Shown piece by piece: positions 32,007 to 42,936 of a DNA stretch of 64,000 nucleotides. The notes under the pieces were generated by a model, which searched no databases, was not told the origin of the DNA, and worked only from the letters and a program-made list of their open reading frames with translations. Position 1 is the first letter of the stretch; every line of letters starts with the position of its first letter. Source of the DNA: Methanobacteriota archaeon (GTDB taxonomy: Archaea; Halobacteriota; Bog-38; Methanoflorentales; Methanoflorentaceae); contig OY970393.1 of assembly GCA_963720465.1 (NCBI GenBank), positions 320,001-384,000 of the forward strand. Reading direction: 5' to 3'. A program made the translations under genes and the position numbers.

Positions 32007-32909
32007 TTATGAATTCTCCACCTGCCAGAGCGCTTGCGCGAGCATCTCATAGACTTCCGCCGTTTCACCCTGATGCGGCATTCTGCCGAGCTGCTCTGCG
32101 GCTGAAGCTAAGCGTCTGAGCACATCAGGGATAGCTTTCTCCGGAACCGATCGCACCTTTGCACCGCGGTAGTTGCTCAAAATGGCTTGTATCGCCTTTG
32201 GAAGACGTCTTACGTCAATACTTCCGTCTTCCAGCATGAAAGGCAGTTTCCACGTCGCGGGCCGATTTGCATCTCCGACATAAGCAAAGCACTGTGCGGG
32301 AAGGCAATATTTTGGATGAAGCAGTTGCGCACTTGGATCCTCTCCTGTGCTCGCTACTGGTGTGACTGATGCTGATTTAAGGAGTGTAAGTGGCTCACCC
32401 TCTGGCCCCGTGCGCGGTCGGTAGACGCCGTGCTCGCTAAGCCACCACAAGTCGTTATGAGGCTCCTTAGATTCCAAAGAGACAAAGACTCGGTCGCGTA
32501 AGCCACCTCCCTCGATGTTAGCAGCATAAAACATCATTCCATCGCTAACGGCAATGCATTTCACTTTCTGCTCGTCTGCATAGCGACGCACTTGCTCAAG
32601 GGCGCTATGCACAGCAGCTCGGTTCCATGCAAGAGCACCGGGGCGTTTCGTCTCGACGATGCAGTATTTAATTCCAAGACGCGTGACGACAATATCAGCG
32701 TAGTCGACCTGATTGTTTATGTCACCAAGATTCCATCCGAGGGCTATCGTGAAGAGATCTTCCACGATATTCTCAGCAACGCGCTCTGATGCCTCGCCAA
32801 AGCGACCCTGCTGTCTAAGGCGCTCGCTCCGCTTCGCGCTGAAGGCCGGCCAGTTTGTAGTAAGGTGCGTCTCAAAGCGCTTGTACGAGGCGAGGTTTCG
32901 ATATGACAT
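32007..32909 (-). CDS. PD-(D/E)XK nuclease (HsdR-N-like) with extra C-terminal domain
   Basis: LGW...ADIVV...IVETK...EQVRRYA...AVSDG. Confidence 0.7.
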   Translation of the reverse strand: MSYRNLASYKRFETHLTTNWPAFSAKRSERLRQQGRFGEASERVAENIVEDLFTIALGWNLGDINNQVDYADIVVTRLGIKYCIVETKRPGALAWNRAAVHSALEQVRRYADEQKVKCIAVSDGMMFYAANIEGGGLRDRVFVSLESKEPHNDLWWLSEHGVYRPRTGPEGEPLTLLKSASVTPVASTGEDPSAQLLHPKYCLPAQCFAYVGDANRPATWKLPFMLEDGSIDVRRLPKAIQAILSNYRGAKVRSVPEKAIPDVLRRLASAAEQLGRMPHQGETAEVYEMLAQALWQVENS

Positions 32910-33096
32910 GGTCTGGTATTAATGGTCGAGCGAGATAAAGCGTTTTTCGATTTGAGTTTGGCTTGAGCTAATCTTGATAGTTTGGCTCCAACGTTAAGTA
33001 GGATGGCGCGACGAACAACTTATGTCAGTCGTTGCCAAGATCTCTGTGTTCTTCGCAGCTAATCTCAAGTCATACAAACAGGGGGGGTGAGATCCA

Positions 33097-34149
33097 ATGA
33101 ACCGCAAAGGAGTTTCCTACGACGTTGGGCGCGTGATGGGTGGCAATTGGCACCCTACATTTGACCTGAAAATAATCCACCGTGAACTTGAGATAATTAA
33201 AAATGACCTGCACTGTAATGCCGTCAGAATCTGCGGCCTAGATATCAATCGGCTGATGAAGGCGAGCGAAGTCGCACTCAACCAAGGCTTGGAAGTGTGG
33301 CTTTCGCCGGAGATGTGGAACAAAAGTCAAACAAAGACGCTCAACTATATTGTGAGGGCCGCGGCGGCGGCTGAAAACCTGCGCGGAGAGCGGCCAGAAC
33401 AACTATTTTTGAGCGTTGGTTCTGAACTCACACTTTTCATGCAAGGCATCGTGCCGGGCAATACGTTCATGAAGAGGCTCCGGAATCCATCACTGAGGGA
33501 GATTGTCAATGCCGGCGAACACAACAAGCCGCTCAATGCGTTCTTGGCCGGCGTGAAAAACTCAGTAAGGAAAGTCTTTCACGGGCAACTCACGTATGCG
33601 TCGCTACCGTGGGAGGCGGTTGACTGGAGCCTGTTCGACTTCGTGGGCGTCGACCATTACCGGGATGCGGGCATTGAAGACCGGTATGTCGACATGCTCA
33701 AGCCGCTTTTTGCTTATGGAAAGCCGGTCATCATCACGGAGTTCGGCCATAACACTGTTCGAGGCACCACAGGGTCAGGCGCCATAGGATCGCAGATGAT
33801 AGGAAATGTCGACTATAAAACGCTGTTCCTGCATCGCATACCATTATTGGGCCGATTTGTGCGACCACGGCTAAACGGTGAATACGTGCGCGACGAAGCG
33901 TTGCAAGCGCGCGAACTGATTAAGACGCTCGGCATACTTGATGCCACGGGCGTTGACGGCGCGTTTGTGTTTACCTTTGCTTTCCCTATTTACACGTATG
34001 ATAGCGATCCCCGATACGACCTCGACATGGCCAGCACGAGCTTAGTTAAAAGTTATGGCGATGGCAAACACGGTGCAACCTATCCAGACATGCCGTGGGA
34101 ACCAAAGGAGTCGTTCAGAGCTTTGGCCGACTACTACGGCACGCATTAA
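33097..34149 (+). CDS. Glycoside-hydrolase-like TIM-barrel protein
   Basis: KGVSYDVG, DLHCNAVRI, GSE, KPVIITEFG. Confidence 0.7.
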   Translation: MNRKGVSYDVGRVMGGNWHPTFDLKIIHRELEIIKNDLHCNAVRICGLDINRLMKASEVALNQGLEVWLSPEMWNKSQTKTLNYIVRAAAAAENLRGERPEQLFLSVGSELTLFMQGIVPGNTFMKRLRNPSLREIVNAGEHNKPLNAFLAGVKNSVRKVFHGQLTYASLPWEAVDWSLFDFVGVDHYRDAGIEDRYVDMLKPLFAYGKPVIITEFGHNTVRGTTGSGAIGSQMIGNVDYKTLFLHRIPLLGRFVRPRLNGEYVRDEALQARELIKTLGILDATGVDGAFVFTFAFPIYTYDSDPRYDLDMASTSLVKSYGDGKHGATYPDMPWEPKESFRALADYYGTH

Positions 34150-34750
34150 GCTTAGAGTTGCGTAATCCCGTAAAGAAGATAGCTAAATCGGCAACGCTTC
34201 TTCAGGCGTTGGAGAACGCCGTTCGCCCATTCCGGCGCGCAAAATGCGCTGTCTTTTTCGTGCGCGGGTGCGCAGAGTAACACACTAAAGTTGTTATAAA
34301 TCTTAAAATAGCTACATGCGCTAGTGCATGTTGCCTCGGTTAAATCACTAAGGTCGTTAACGGAACCTCGGTTGATTCCACAGAAAGGGTCGATGCATGG
34401 GTTGTCTCACGCTTATCGTGAGCTTGTTGGTTCTGTGGAAAAAGAGACACGTTGGCTATGTCGCGAAGGGCAAAAAGTTAACGACCTTAGACTATTTCTC
34501 TAATTGTCGGTCGAAGTGACAACGCTGTAGTTCTCACGTGTTCTTGTGCCACAACAAGCGCTGCAATCCTATCTGATCGGTGGGGCCTGCAAAAGGAACA
34601 CTCTACGGGCCCCAATCGCTGAATTGGAGATCCAAAATGACACTAGAAGGGTCATCCGCTGACTAGGAGCGCACATATTAAACACCCCTACTCTCAAGCT
34701 CGCGCAGATACAATCGGTGCCTTTGAGCGCTCTGATTCAGGGAGTATCAT

Positions 34751-35311
34751 TCAGCGTAGAAGGCTTACGCTTTTAAGCTCCTTAACGATTCGATCGACCG
34801 CATTAGCCGCATCTTCGGGCTTTCGGCAGCCGGTTATAACCAGTTTGCCGGAACCAAACAAAAGAATCACTACTTTAGGATCCGATAACCGGTAGACGAG
34901 GCCGGGAAACTGTTCGGGCTCGTACTCAATGTTCTCAAGCCCGAGACCGATGGCAATTGCGTTCAAATCCAAAACTGAGTGAAGATCTGCTGTCGCGACG
35001 ATGTTTTGCACCTTAATCTCCGGCGTCCCCTTCACGTCGATTCCGATATTTCGTAGACTTTGAAATACGTTTTCAACGCCTTTATGAACCTCATCTATGC
35101 TCTTTGCACCCGTACAGACAATTTTTCCCGATCGAAAAATTAACGCGGCGGTCTTCGGGTCCTTGGTGCGGTAAACGACGCCCGGAAACCGTTCAGGATC
35201 ATAATCTGCATCCTCTAACGCAAGCGTGGCTTGCTTGAGGTTTATCTCTATTCCGATGCCGGTTGAGGCTACCACATTTACAATCTTAATAGTGTCCCGC
35301 GGTTCAACCAT
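34751..35311 (-). CDS. tbp: TATA-box-binding protein
   Basis: Two TBP repeats: NVVAS..YDPERFPG..IFRSGKIVCTG and NIVAT..YEPEQFPG..LFGSGKLVITG. Confidence 0.97.
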   Translation of the reverse strand: MVEPRDTIKIVNVVASTGIGIEINLKQATLALEDADYDPERFPGVVYRTKDPKTAALIFRSGKIVCTGAKSIDEVHKGVENVFQSLRNIGIDVKGTPEIKVQNIVATADLHSVLDLNAIAIGLGLENIEYEPEQFPGLVYRLSDPKVVILLFGSGKLVITGCRKPEDAANAVDRIVKELKSVSLLR

Positions 35312-35825
35312 ACGCTCCCCATGTTGGTTTATAAAGGCTTAAGCTAGGGAGCATGGAGAGCTGCGCGCGTTTGATACGTCGAAAAAGAAGGGAGTTATCC
35401 AAACTGCCTTAGCGTGCACGCTGTGCGCTCACACTTTGAGATAAACGCCGTCTAAACGGTCGCGTATACATCCTTCTTTTGTGCCGAAAATAGTCTATAA
35501 CGCCGTGATATTGGGCACAATCGTAGCACTTTAGCCGTATCTGACCACTGAAAACGGCCCGAAAAATCGCGGAGCCCGCGACGGCCTTAGTCACTTCTCA
35601 AAATAGTGAAAGAGTTCGCAAAAACGGCCTCTTGTATATGCTATATTGTATACCTCTATTTTATGTATCCGGCCTCGTTGCGTGTTCTTTTCGCCAGTTC
35701 TTGGCTCCTAACTCGTTATTTTGATTAGGTCATAGCGAATTTATAGTTTGGCGCAAAATATTAAGCAATTCATTACTGTCGCTGCTATTCAGGTTTGTAT
35801 CAGATTGAATTTAGGGGAAGAACGC

Positions 35826-37865
35826 ATGGAAATAAAATACGTGCCGACAACGTGTCCCTATTGCGGGGTCGGCTGCGGACTTAACCTGGTGGTTAAGGAC
35901 GGCGACCTCGTCGGGGTTGAGCCGTGGAAGAGAAGTCCCGTAAATGAGGGAAAACTCTGTCCTAAAGGCCTCTCATGCTGGGAATTCGTGCACGATGAGG
36001 ATAGGCTCACGACTCCGTTGATCCAGAAAGATGGCGAGTTTGTTAAGGCTACTTGGGACGAAGCGCTCGATCTTGTGGCTTCGCGATTAACGACAATTCA
36101 CGAAGCAAACGGCCAGAACTCGGTCGCGTTTCAGGTGTCGTGCAGAACCACGAACGAAGAATGCTACGAGATGCAAAAACTGGCGCGCGTCGGATTCAGG
36201 ACCAACTACGTCGATAATTGCGCGCGCATTTGTCACGGTCCCTCTGTCGCTGGACTCTCGTTATCCTTCGGTTCGGGCGCGGCAACAAATGGTTTTGCAG
36301 ACGCTCTGAACGCGGATTGCATCTTCATGATCGGCTCAAATGCGTTAGAAGCGCACCCGCTCGCTGCGCGAAGGATTATCCAGGCCAAAGAAAAGGGCGC
36401 GCACCTAATCGTCTGCGATCCACGGTACTCAATGACGGCGAAGCAGGCGGATACATACATGCGTTACAAGCCTTCCTCTCAAATTGCCTTGCTTAATTCA
36501 ATGATGTATTGGATTATTGCGCAAGACTTGCACGATAAGGACTTCATCGCAAATCGGACGAAGGGATTTGAAGACCTAAAGGCGACGGTTCAGAAGTACG
36601 CAGACGTGAAAGCTAGAACAGGGGTGCCTACTGAGTTAGTGAAAGAAGTGGCGCGGAAATACGCGGCCGCTAAAAATGCCGTAATTATCTACTGCCTCGG
36701 CATTACCGAGCAAACAACTGGGACGGATAACGTTATGTCGCTCGGGAATCTTGCGATGTTGACGGGAAACATCGGAAGACCCGGGGTTGGCGTCAATCCG
36801 CTTAGAGGTCAAAACAACGTCCAGGGCGCCTGCGACATGGGGGCCTATCCGAATGTGTATTCCGGCTATCAGAAATGCGAAGTTCCTGAGAATCGCGAGA
36901 AGATGGAGAAGGCGTGGGGCGTCGAGGGACTTCCTGGTGAATATGGGTTGACCCTGACCGAGCAAATAGACGCATGCGGCGACGAGATAAAGGCTATGGT
37001 CATCATGGGTGAAAACCCGATGATGTCGTTCCCAGATTCCAACCACGTCCGCAGGCAACTTGAGAAACTCGATTTTCTTGTGACGTTGGACATCTTTCCA
37101 ACAGAAACGACGAAACTCGCCGATGTCATACTCCCGGGCGCGTGCTTTGCGGAAAAGGACGGCACGTTTACCAGTGGTGAACGCCGAGTGCAGCGTATAA
37201 GAAAGGCAGTTGATCCGCCAGGCGAGGCCAAAGCTGACTGGGAAATTTTAACGGATCTCGCTCACAAACTCGGCTTAGAGGGCTTTGAGTTCACAAGTGT
37301 CGAGGACGTCTTTGACGACATGCGAAAAGTGACGCCTTCGTACGCAGGGATATCTTATCAGCGACTCGAGAAACCCGAAGCCCTTATATGGCCGTGTCCA
37401 ACGGTAGAACATCCAGGAACGCCGATTCTCCACAAAGAGAAATTCGCGTCGCCGGACGGGCTAGGGGCCTTCTATGGCATAGAAGACAGACTTCCTGCGG
37501 AGCTGCCAGATGCCGAGTACCCGTTTGAACTCATGACGGGCCGGATCTTGTTCCACTACCACACCGGAACTATGACGAGGCGATCACCAACGCTTGACCA
37601 TGAAGTCCCAACGGGATATATTGAGATCAGTGTTGAAGATGCGAAAGAGCTTGGCATACAACAAGGTGACCGCGTAAAGCTTCGAAGTCGTCGCGGTGAG
37701 GCTGAAACGCTTGCACGCGTCACGAGCGATATGCCTAAAGGCGTGCTGTATATGAGTTTCCACTTCAGCGAAGGCCCTGCTAACGTTCTGACGAACACGG
37801 CACTGGATCCAATGTCAAAGATGCCAGAGCTGAAGTACTGCGCTGTGGCGCTTGAGAAAGCGTGA
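35826..37865 (+). CDS. fdhA: Formate dehydrogenase alpha subunit (Cys type)
   Basis: CPYCGVGC, LCPKG, NCARICH, LRGQNNVQG, GRILFHYHTG. Confidence 0.95.
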   Translation: MEIKYVPTTCPYCGVGCGLNLVVKDGDLVGVEPWKRSPVNEGKLCPKGLSCWEFVHDEDRLTTPLIQKDGEFVKATWDEALDLVASRLTTIHEANGQNSVAFQVSCRTTNEECYEMQKLARVGFRTNYVDNCARICHGPSVAGLSLSFGSGAATNGFADALNADCIFMIGSNALEAHPLAARRIIQAKEKGAHLIVCDPRYSMTAKQADTYMRYKPSSQIALLNSMMYWIIAQDLHDKDFIANRTKGFEDLKATVQKYADVKARTGVPTELVKEVARKYAAAKNAVIIYCLGITEQTTGTDNVMSLGNLAMLTGNIGRPGVGVNPLRGQNNVQGACDMGAYPNVYSGYQKCEVPENREKMEKAWGVEGLPGEYGLTLTEQIDACGDEIKAMVIMGENPMMSFPDSNHVRRQLEKLDFLVTLDIFPTETTKLADVILPGACFAEKDGTFTSGERRVQRIRKAVDPPGEAKADWEILTDLAHKLGLEGFEFTSVEDVFDDMRKVTPSYAGISYQRLEKPEALIWPCPTVEHPGTPILHKEKFASPDGLGAFYGIEDRLPAELPDAEYPFELMTGRILFHYHTGTMTRRSPTLDHEVPTGYIEISVEDAKELGIQQGDRVKLRSRRGEAETLARVTSDMPKGVLYMSFHFSEGPANVLTNTALDPMSKMPELKYCAVALEKA

Positions 37866-37879
37866 GGAGGTACACAAAG

Positions 37880-39028
37880 ATGGTTAAAGTAGGTGATATG
37901 TTCTACGCGCAAGCAGCCGATATTTCCATTCAGAAAAAAGGTGAGTGTGGCGGCGCCGTTACCGCGACGCTGAAGTACCTGCTCGAGAACAAGCTTGTCG
38001 ACGGGGTGCTCGCGATGAAACGCGGTGTGGACATCTATGACGGCGTGCCGACGCTCGTTACCGATCCGGCGAGGATTACAGAGCTTTCGGGGTCGCTGCA
38101 CTGCGCTCCTGTCATTCAGTCAAACGTGCTTTTCAAGTACCTCAACGGCGCTCAGGACATGAAGCTCGCTGTCGTTGGCGTCGGGTGTGATTCGCTCGCT
38201 ATGCAAGTACAGATACGAAAAGAAGAATTGAACGCTGACAACCTCGTCCGTATTGGCCTCAACTGCGGGGGAACCTTCCCACCGGTGCAGGCCCAGGAAA
38301 TGATCCAGAAGTTCTACGAGACCGATCCGATGGACGTCGTCAAGAGTGAGATTGCTAAGGGGAACTTCATCATCGAGACGAAGGACCACGAGCACAAGGA
38401 GTTTAAGATCGACGATCTTGAAGAGCAGGGCTACGGCCGACGGGCAAGCTGCCGCCGTTGTGAAGAGAAGATCCCGAGAACGATGGACCTCGCGTTCGGG
38501 AACTGGGGAGTCATCGGTCCTGACGCGGGTAAGGCCACATTTGTCGAGGTCTGCTCTGCGGCGGGGGCGCAACTGCTCGAGGACGTTGTCAATGCTGGTG
38601 CCCTGACGACGAAGGATCCACTTCCAAAGGGGATTGAGATTCGAGCAAACGTCGAAAAGGCGATGCTTAAGCTCGGGGCCAAGTGGCAGGCGCACGACTT
38701 CCTGAGCGGTGAGGAGCGCGATGAGTTCTGGCTCGAGCAGTTCGCGAAATGCATAAAATGTGGAGGCTGCTGGAAGGCGTGTCCCGTTTGTACGTGCGAT
38801 GATTGCAAACTTGAGAGCTGTGAGCCGCGCTGGGTTGAAAGCGGTATTCCTCCTTCGCCGAAGCTGCAGTACACTCGGGCGGCACTTATGGATGCCGACT
38901 GCGTGGACTGTGGTCAGTGCGAGGACGCATGTCCTATCGAGATTCCCCTTTCGTCGTTCTTCCACCAATCGACCAAGAACACGGCTAAGCTCTTGGCGAG
39001 ATTCGATGAAATAACCGCCACTCGATAA
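37880..39028 (+). CDS. fdhB: F420-dependent formate dehydrogenase beta subunit
   Basis: GECGGAVT, GSLHC, GLNCGGT, two ferredoxin Cys clusters. Confidence 0.93.
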   Translation: MVKVGDMFYAQAADISIQKKGECGGAVTATLKYLLENKLVDGVLAMKRGVDIYDGVPTLVTDPARITELSGSLHCAPVIQSNVLFKYLNGAQDMKLAVVGVGCDSLAMQVQIRKEELNADNLVRIGLNCGGTFPPVQAQEMIQKFYETDPMDVVKSEIAKGNFIIETKDHEHKEFKIDDLEEQGYGRRASCRRCEEKIPRTMDLAFGNWGVIGPDAGKATFVEVCSAAGAQLLEDVVNAGALTTKDPLPKGIEIRANVEKAMLKLGAKWQAHDFLSGEERDEFWLEQFAKCIKCGGCWKACPVCTCDDCKLESCEPRWVESGIPPSPKLQYTRAALMDADCVDCGQCEDACPIEIPLSSFFHQSTKNTAKLLARFDEITATR

Positions 39029-39228
39029 AGAACGTCGATTTAGCAGACTTTGGGAGCCTTCTGTCCCCGGTTGATTTGTTAGAATTGTATGTCTCATGCT
39101 GGGCGCTTCGCGCGCTTGTTTATGTTTAGCCGCGGAAGGCGAATCATACCGATTAAGTGAGCAGTGCCGCTATCGCGGTTACTATGTTAGTTGCAGATCA
39201 TTACCAAGATCTTCGTCGTGATTATGCC

Positions 39229-39467
39229 ATGCCGAACTGCGAGCTGCTTGAGATTCATCGGAGCAAAATCTCGCTCCACCACGCCAAGGCAGGGTACGGC
39301 TACCCCGTAATACGCCTTCCCTTTACAGTCTCAAAGCTTGCAGGACTGTGGACGCGTATCTATCAGACGGTTCACGATGGGGCTCGCATTTCTTGTCGTT
39401 GTCTCTGGCGCAACCACAGAAAAAGGTGCTAACCAGTCTGAAGACGCCGTCCTAAGCGCCAAATTGC
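39229..39467 (+). pseudogene. Frameshifted int(N) reading into a tRNA-Val half
   Basis: SKISLHHAKAGYGYPVIRLP...IYQTVHDG/LAFLVVV. Confidence 0.72.
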
Positions 39468-39514
39468 CCGTCTTGACATCGCGGAGGTCGCCGGTTCGAA
39501 TCCGGCCGAGCCCA
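39468..39514 (+). repeat. tRNA-Val(GAC) 3' half (orphan att site)
   Basis: ccgtc-ttGACat-cgcgg aggtc gccgg-ttcgaat-ccggc cgagccca; no D-arm or 5' acceptor strand. Confidence 0.8.
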
Positions 39515-39670
39515 CTGTCCTTTTTCAAATCGAACACGCTACAGCCGTCTGTTTGGCATTTGTCGGGCGTGAGGATTGTGGCGAAAAAGGCACCATAGGG
39601 GTGCGGCGTACTCCTGAGCGTCTTTGCCGCCCGCGGATTCATCTTTTCACTGCATCACTTGCAATCGCTG

Positions 39671-40381
39671 TCAGCCGCCGATCAGCAATCCTATCAGGAC
39701 ACCCGCGATAGCTGCGGCGGTTGCGATGGCTAGGGTCTCCAGTACCGTCCTTCCCACCGCGCGTTTGCCTATCCTTGCCCTGAAGAGACCGAGCAGGATC
39801 AGGAGGGTAGCGGTTCCCATGATACAGATTATCCGGGCCTCGGCAAACGGCAGAAATACGAAAGGTATCACTGGGGTGAATCCGGCTGTAAGATCCGTGA
39901 TCCCCATCCAGCCGGTTTGCACGAGCGCGGAGTCTTTCCCGGAGGTGGAGGTCTCCTCACTGGCGACCGCGTCCTCGAATGTGCAGATCGCCAGGGGGTT
40001 AGCCTGTATATCAGTCCGGATCGTATCGAGGCATTTACTGCTCAGGCCTGCCCCCTGCAGCACGCCCATCAGCTCGTTCACTGCATGGTCAGGATCACGA
40101 CGGATCTCGGCTTCCCGTTGCTTTGCTTCCACCCGGGCTTCGTCTCTCTCGGACTCGAGATCGAGGTAAAGCCCCGCCATCATCGAGACCGACGCCGCAA
40201 CGGCGGCCGTAGCACCTGCAAGAAACACGGCACTTCCGGACTGGGCGCCTACTGCGACACCGAGCACGAGCCCGAAGATCGAGACGGCACCATCCTCCAT
40301 GCCGTATACGATGTCCCCCGCAGAGCCGCTGAGTGATTCCCTCATCCGGCTGAGGAATGACGGGCTGGTTACTTCGATCAT
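39671..40381 (-). CDS. VIT1/CCC1 family transporter
   Basis: DIVYGMEDG, SMMAGLYL, PVIPF. Confidence 0.88.
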   Translation of the reverse strand: MIEVTSPSFLSRMRESLSGSAGDIVYGMEDGAVSIFGLVLGVAVGAQSGSAVFLAGATAAVAASVSMMAGLYLDLESERDEARVEAKQREAEIRRDPDHAVNELMGVLQGAGLSSKCLDTIRTDIQANPLAICTFEDAVASEETSTSGKDSALVQTGWMGITDLTAGFTPVIPFVFLPFAEARIICIMGTATLLILLGLFRARIGKRAVGRTVLETLAIATAAAIAGVLIGLLIGG

Positions 40382-40542
40382 GCCCGGATCAACCTCAACA
40401 TATCAAAATCATAGCTCCCCGTCCGCTCTGCAAACCCCCCGGACGCTTGCGCTGTGGGTGTAGCGCTTACCGGCATGACAAGCACCGCTGAACCGAGCAG
40501 CACGCTGATGACAACAAGTGCAGCAATAGTTTGTCTCTTCAT
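40378..40542 (-). pseudogene. Short signal-peptide ORF, probably a truncated secreted protein gene
   Basis: MKRQTIAALVVISVLLGSAVLVMPVSATPTAQAS (54 aa). Confidence 0.45.
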
Positions 40543-40622
40543 CGTAGGTCATCCCATCATCTTCTTTCATCAGGCGGCTGCGATGCTGCAACCGCCGATT
40601 TGGCAAGCTAGAAATCATGATG

Positions 40623-40683
40623 CACTCGTTTAATAAACGTTGCCGTGCCTTATTTTGTCAATATTGCCTTATTTTGTCAATTT
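40623..40683 (-). promoter_or_regulatory. Tandem TTGACAAAATAAGGCA operator-like repeat before a TATA-like box
   Basis: Second copy at 45955-46011. Confidence 0.55.
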
Positions 40684-41339
40684 AACGCCTTAAAGAGGCT
40701 TTTCTCGCACTGCTGTAACGCCACGAAAGCCTCGCCATTTTTACACAATACGGCTAACCAAACAATACGGCTAACCAATAGCCGCTTCACACGACCATCG
40801 AAGTGAGCGTTTCGACCATACTTTTGCGGTCAATCGACCCTGAGCGTTAGGTAGGCCGTCGCAACAATCACAGTGCCTGTAACTCCTGTATCAGATTCTG
40901 CACCTGCGGATAGAGCTGACCTTGCGCGGCACACGTCCGCACCCAGTCGTCGCTGCCCGGCTTTCCGGTCTTGGCACAGCCGTCCATCCGTGGCAGCAAG
41001 GCGCTCTTGAGTTGAGCATGCTGCACTACTAACGGAAAAGGCCCGATTCATATAGTAAACATTGGACATATATGCCGAAGACCAACTGATGCTCCTCGCC
41101 GCTTAGAGTTGAAGCTTTAGGTCACCGTGTTCGGAGATTATCGGAAAACACTTCTCTTTCGTTGTTCCCCAAAAACGAGCGCCAGCAAAGGTGGAGATCC
41201 TCCCCATGTAACCCCCCACTGCGAGGGTTCTCAGAGAAGAAAGAGGCACTAAGGAAGATTTCGTCCAATGTTCTAGTGACGCTAACACTCAGTCTTCGCG
41301 TGAAGCTGAGGTCTCTGATGAACTCTTCGAGGCTCTGAA

Positions 41340-41405
41340 CAGCGGCGTTAAGACTGACCTAGACCTGTCCAAACCCTCGCCGCGTCTGTCACATCGATTC
41401 TGACT
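41340..41405 (+). repeat. Backbone family 2 fragment abutting the TMEM175 stop codon
   Basis: QTLAASVTSILT vs HTLATFVTSILT. Confidence 0.55.
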
Positions 41406-42121
41406 TAGGCGCGCGGGCGCATAGACGCCGAAGGTTCTGCCGACCTCCTCGCCCAGCGGACGACGACATACTCGATCGGAGGAAGGAGCAGGTAAACCGC
41501 TGTGCTCCACGTCTTCCCCGTCAGGGCAAGAAGGACCGCGAGGAGGGAGACAAAAGGAACGACCAGGGCGCGGGCGCCAACCTGCCGGACAAAACCGGGG
41601 GTCATTCCGGGTTCAACCAGGCGATCTTTCCCCGTGGCGTACTTCCATTGCAGGAACATCCCCATCCCGAGTGCAAAAAGGTTCAGCTCGAATACGATCT
41701 GTCCGAGGGGGACATTAGGAAAAGCACCCGAAAACTGGGTGGAGAAAGGAAGGAGGGCGACGAACATAAGGGTCCCCATATTGAGCCAGACATACGTCCG
41801 GTTCAGGCGACTCACGGGGTGGAGCTCGATATGGTGGCTAAGCCAGAATGCCCCGAGGATCAGGAAGGCCAGCACATAATGGAAAAAATCAGAGTACAGC
41901 GAGAGGAGAAGGTTCGCAACGAAGGGTGTTGACTGGACCAGGTCCGCCTTCGCCGGTATGCTGATGCCTATGACAAGCAATGTCATCGAGAAGGCAAAGA
42001 TCCCATCCGTCAGGGCTTCCAGGCGGCTTTTGGTAAGGTGCATCACCTCACCTTCCAGATACCGGCTTTTGGCAAGGTCCACAGCCTCACCTAGCAGATT
42101 TTCTTTTTTCATGAAAAGCAA
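41405..42121 (-). CDS. TMEM175 family channel (start probably ~42043)
   Basis: RLEALTDGIFAFSMTLL, WLSHH, LLPFST. Confidence 0.88.
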   Translation of the reverse strand: MLFMKKENLLGEAVDLAKSRYLEGEVMHLTKSRLEALTDGIFAFSMTLLVIGISIPAKADLVQSTPFVANLLLSLYSDFFHYVLAFLILGAFWLSHHIELHPVSRLNRTYVWLNMGTLMFVALLPFSTQFSGAFPNVPLGQIVFELNLFALGMGMFLQWKYATGKDRLVEPGMTPGFVRQVGARALVVPFVSLLAVLLALTGKTWSTAVYLLLPPIEYVVVRWARRSAEPSASMRPRA

Positions 42122-42936
42122 CCTAGGCTGTTAATTCCTGAAGGATTAATCTTTTGTTTTTCTCCCGCAACAGGTCAGACATGCGGGGATTTCGACGTCA
42201 TTCCCCCGTCTCAGGACAACGCCAGGGGCGCAAGGGATCCTGAGAAGTGCATGCCATTCTGACTGCGATCCACTGAAGACGGCACCCCACAGGTTGCTTG
42301 GCGGGACCCTGTCTTAAGCTGGTGCGATTGCGGTCGGAATAGCTCCATCGCAGCTCGCAGAAATCAGTAAACGATATCGTAAGCAGACAAGGAATCGTCG
42401 CAGCAACCGCCCATGCCCAGTCCCGATTCTCGCTCCAGCGGCGTCTACGTATTGCTGCACCTCAAAAAAGCACGGGATATGTGACGCAGACAAACTCGAC
42501 TGCAGCGTGAGCGTTCAGTGTCCCTCAGGATGAACCGTCTCCGAGGGCAAGCAGTAAACAAGTCGCGACGTTATGGGGGGTTGATCAACGAGTCGTTAAC
42601 GACCGCAGCAGCCACTGCGCACCGCCGTAATTTTCGGTCTCAACCTTTGGCTGCTACGCTGACGTGGCCGCCGAAAAACTTTTTAGGAAGTGCTCTACCA
42701 GTTGGGAAGCTTACCAATACCTGCGGGACCGTGTGCATGACGCTTGGCTACCTAATGGTACACGCCAGCAGCTTCGGCAAATTCTTAAAAGGATAGAAGT
42801 GCAGGTATATCAAAGTCGGGAATATGGGTGGGCGTATGAACAGTCGTGAGTATTCCGCACGCGTCTTCTAAGCTTTCGGCGCTTATCCCTGTTTTTTCAC
42901 CTTTTAGCCCCGGCAGGAGAGAGTAAAGCCACGATA

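Noticed and set aside
36210-36240. Selenocysteine in FdhA
   Set aside because: Both active-site region residues in NCARICH are ordinary Cys codons
38120-39097. 325-aa antisense ORF and similar overlapping ORFs in the track
   Set aside because: Shadows of well-supported genes on the other strand with no recognisable motifs
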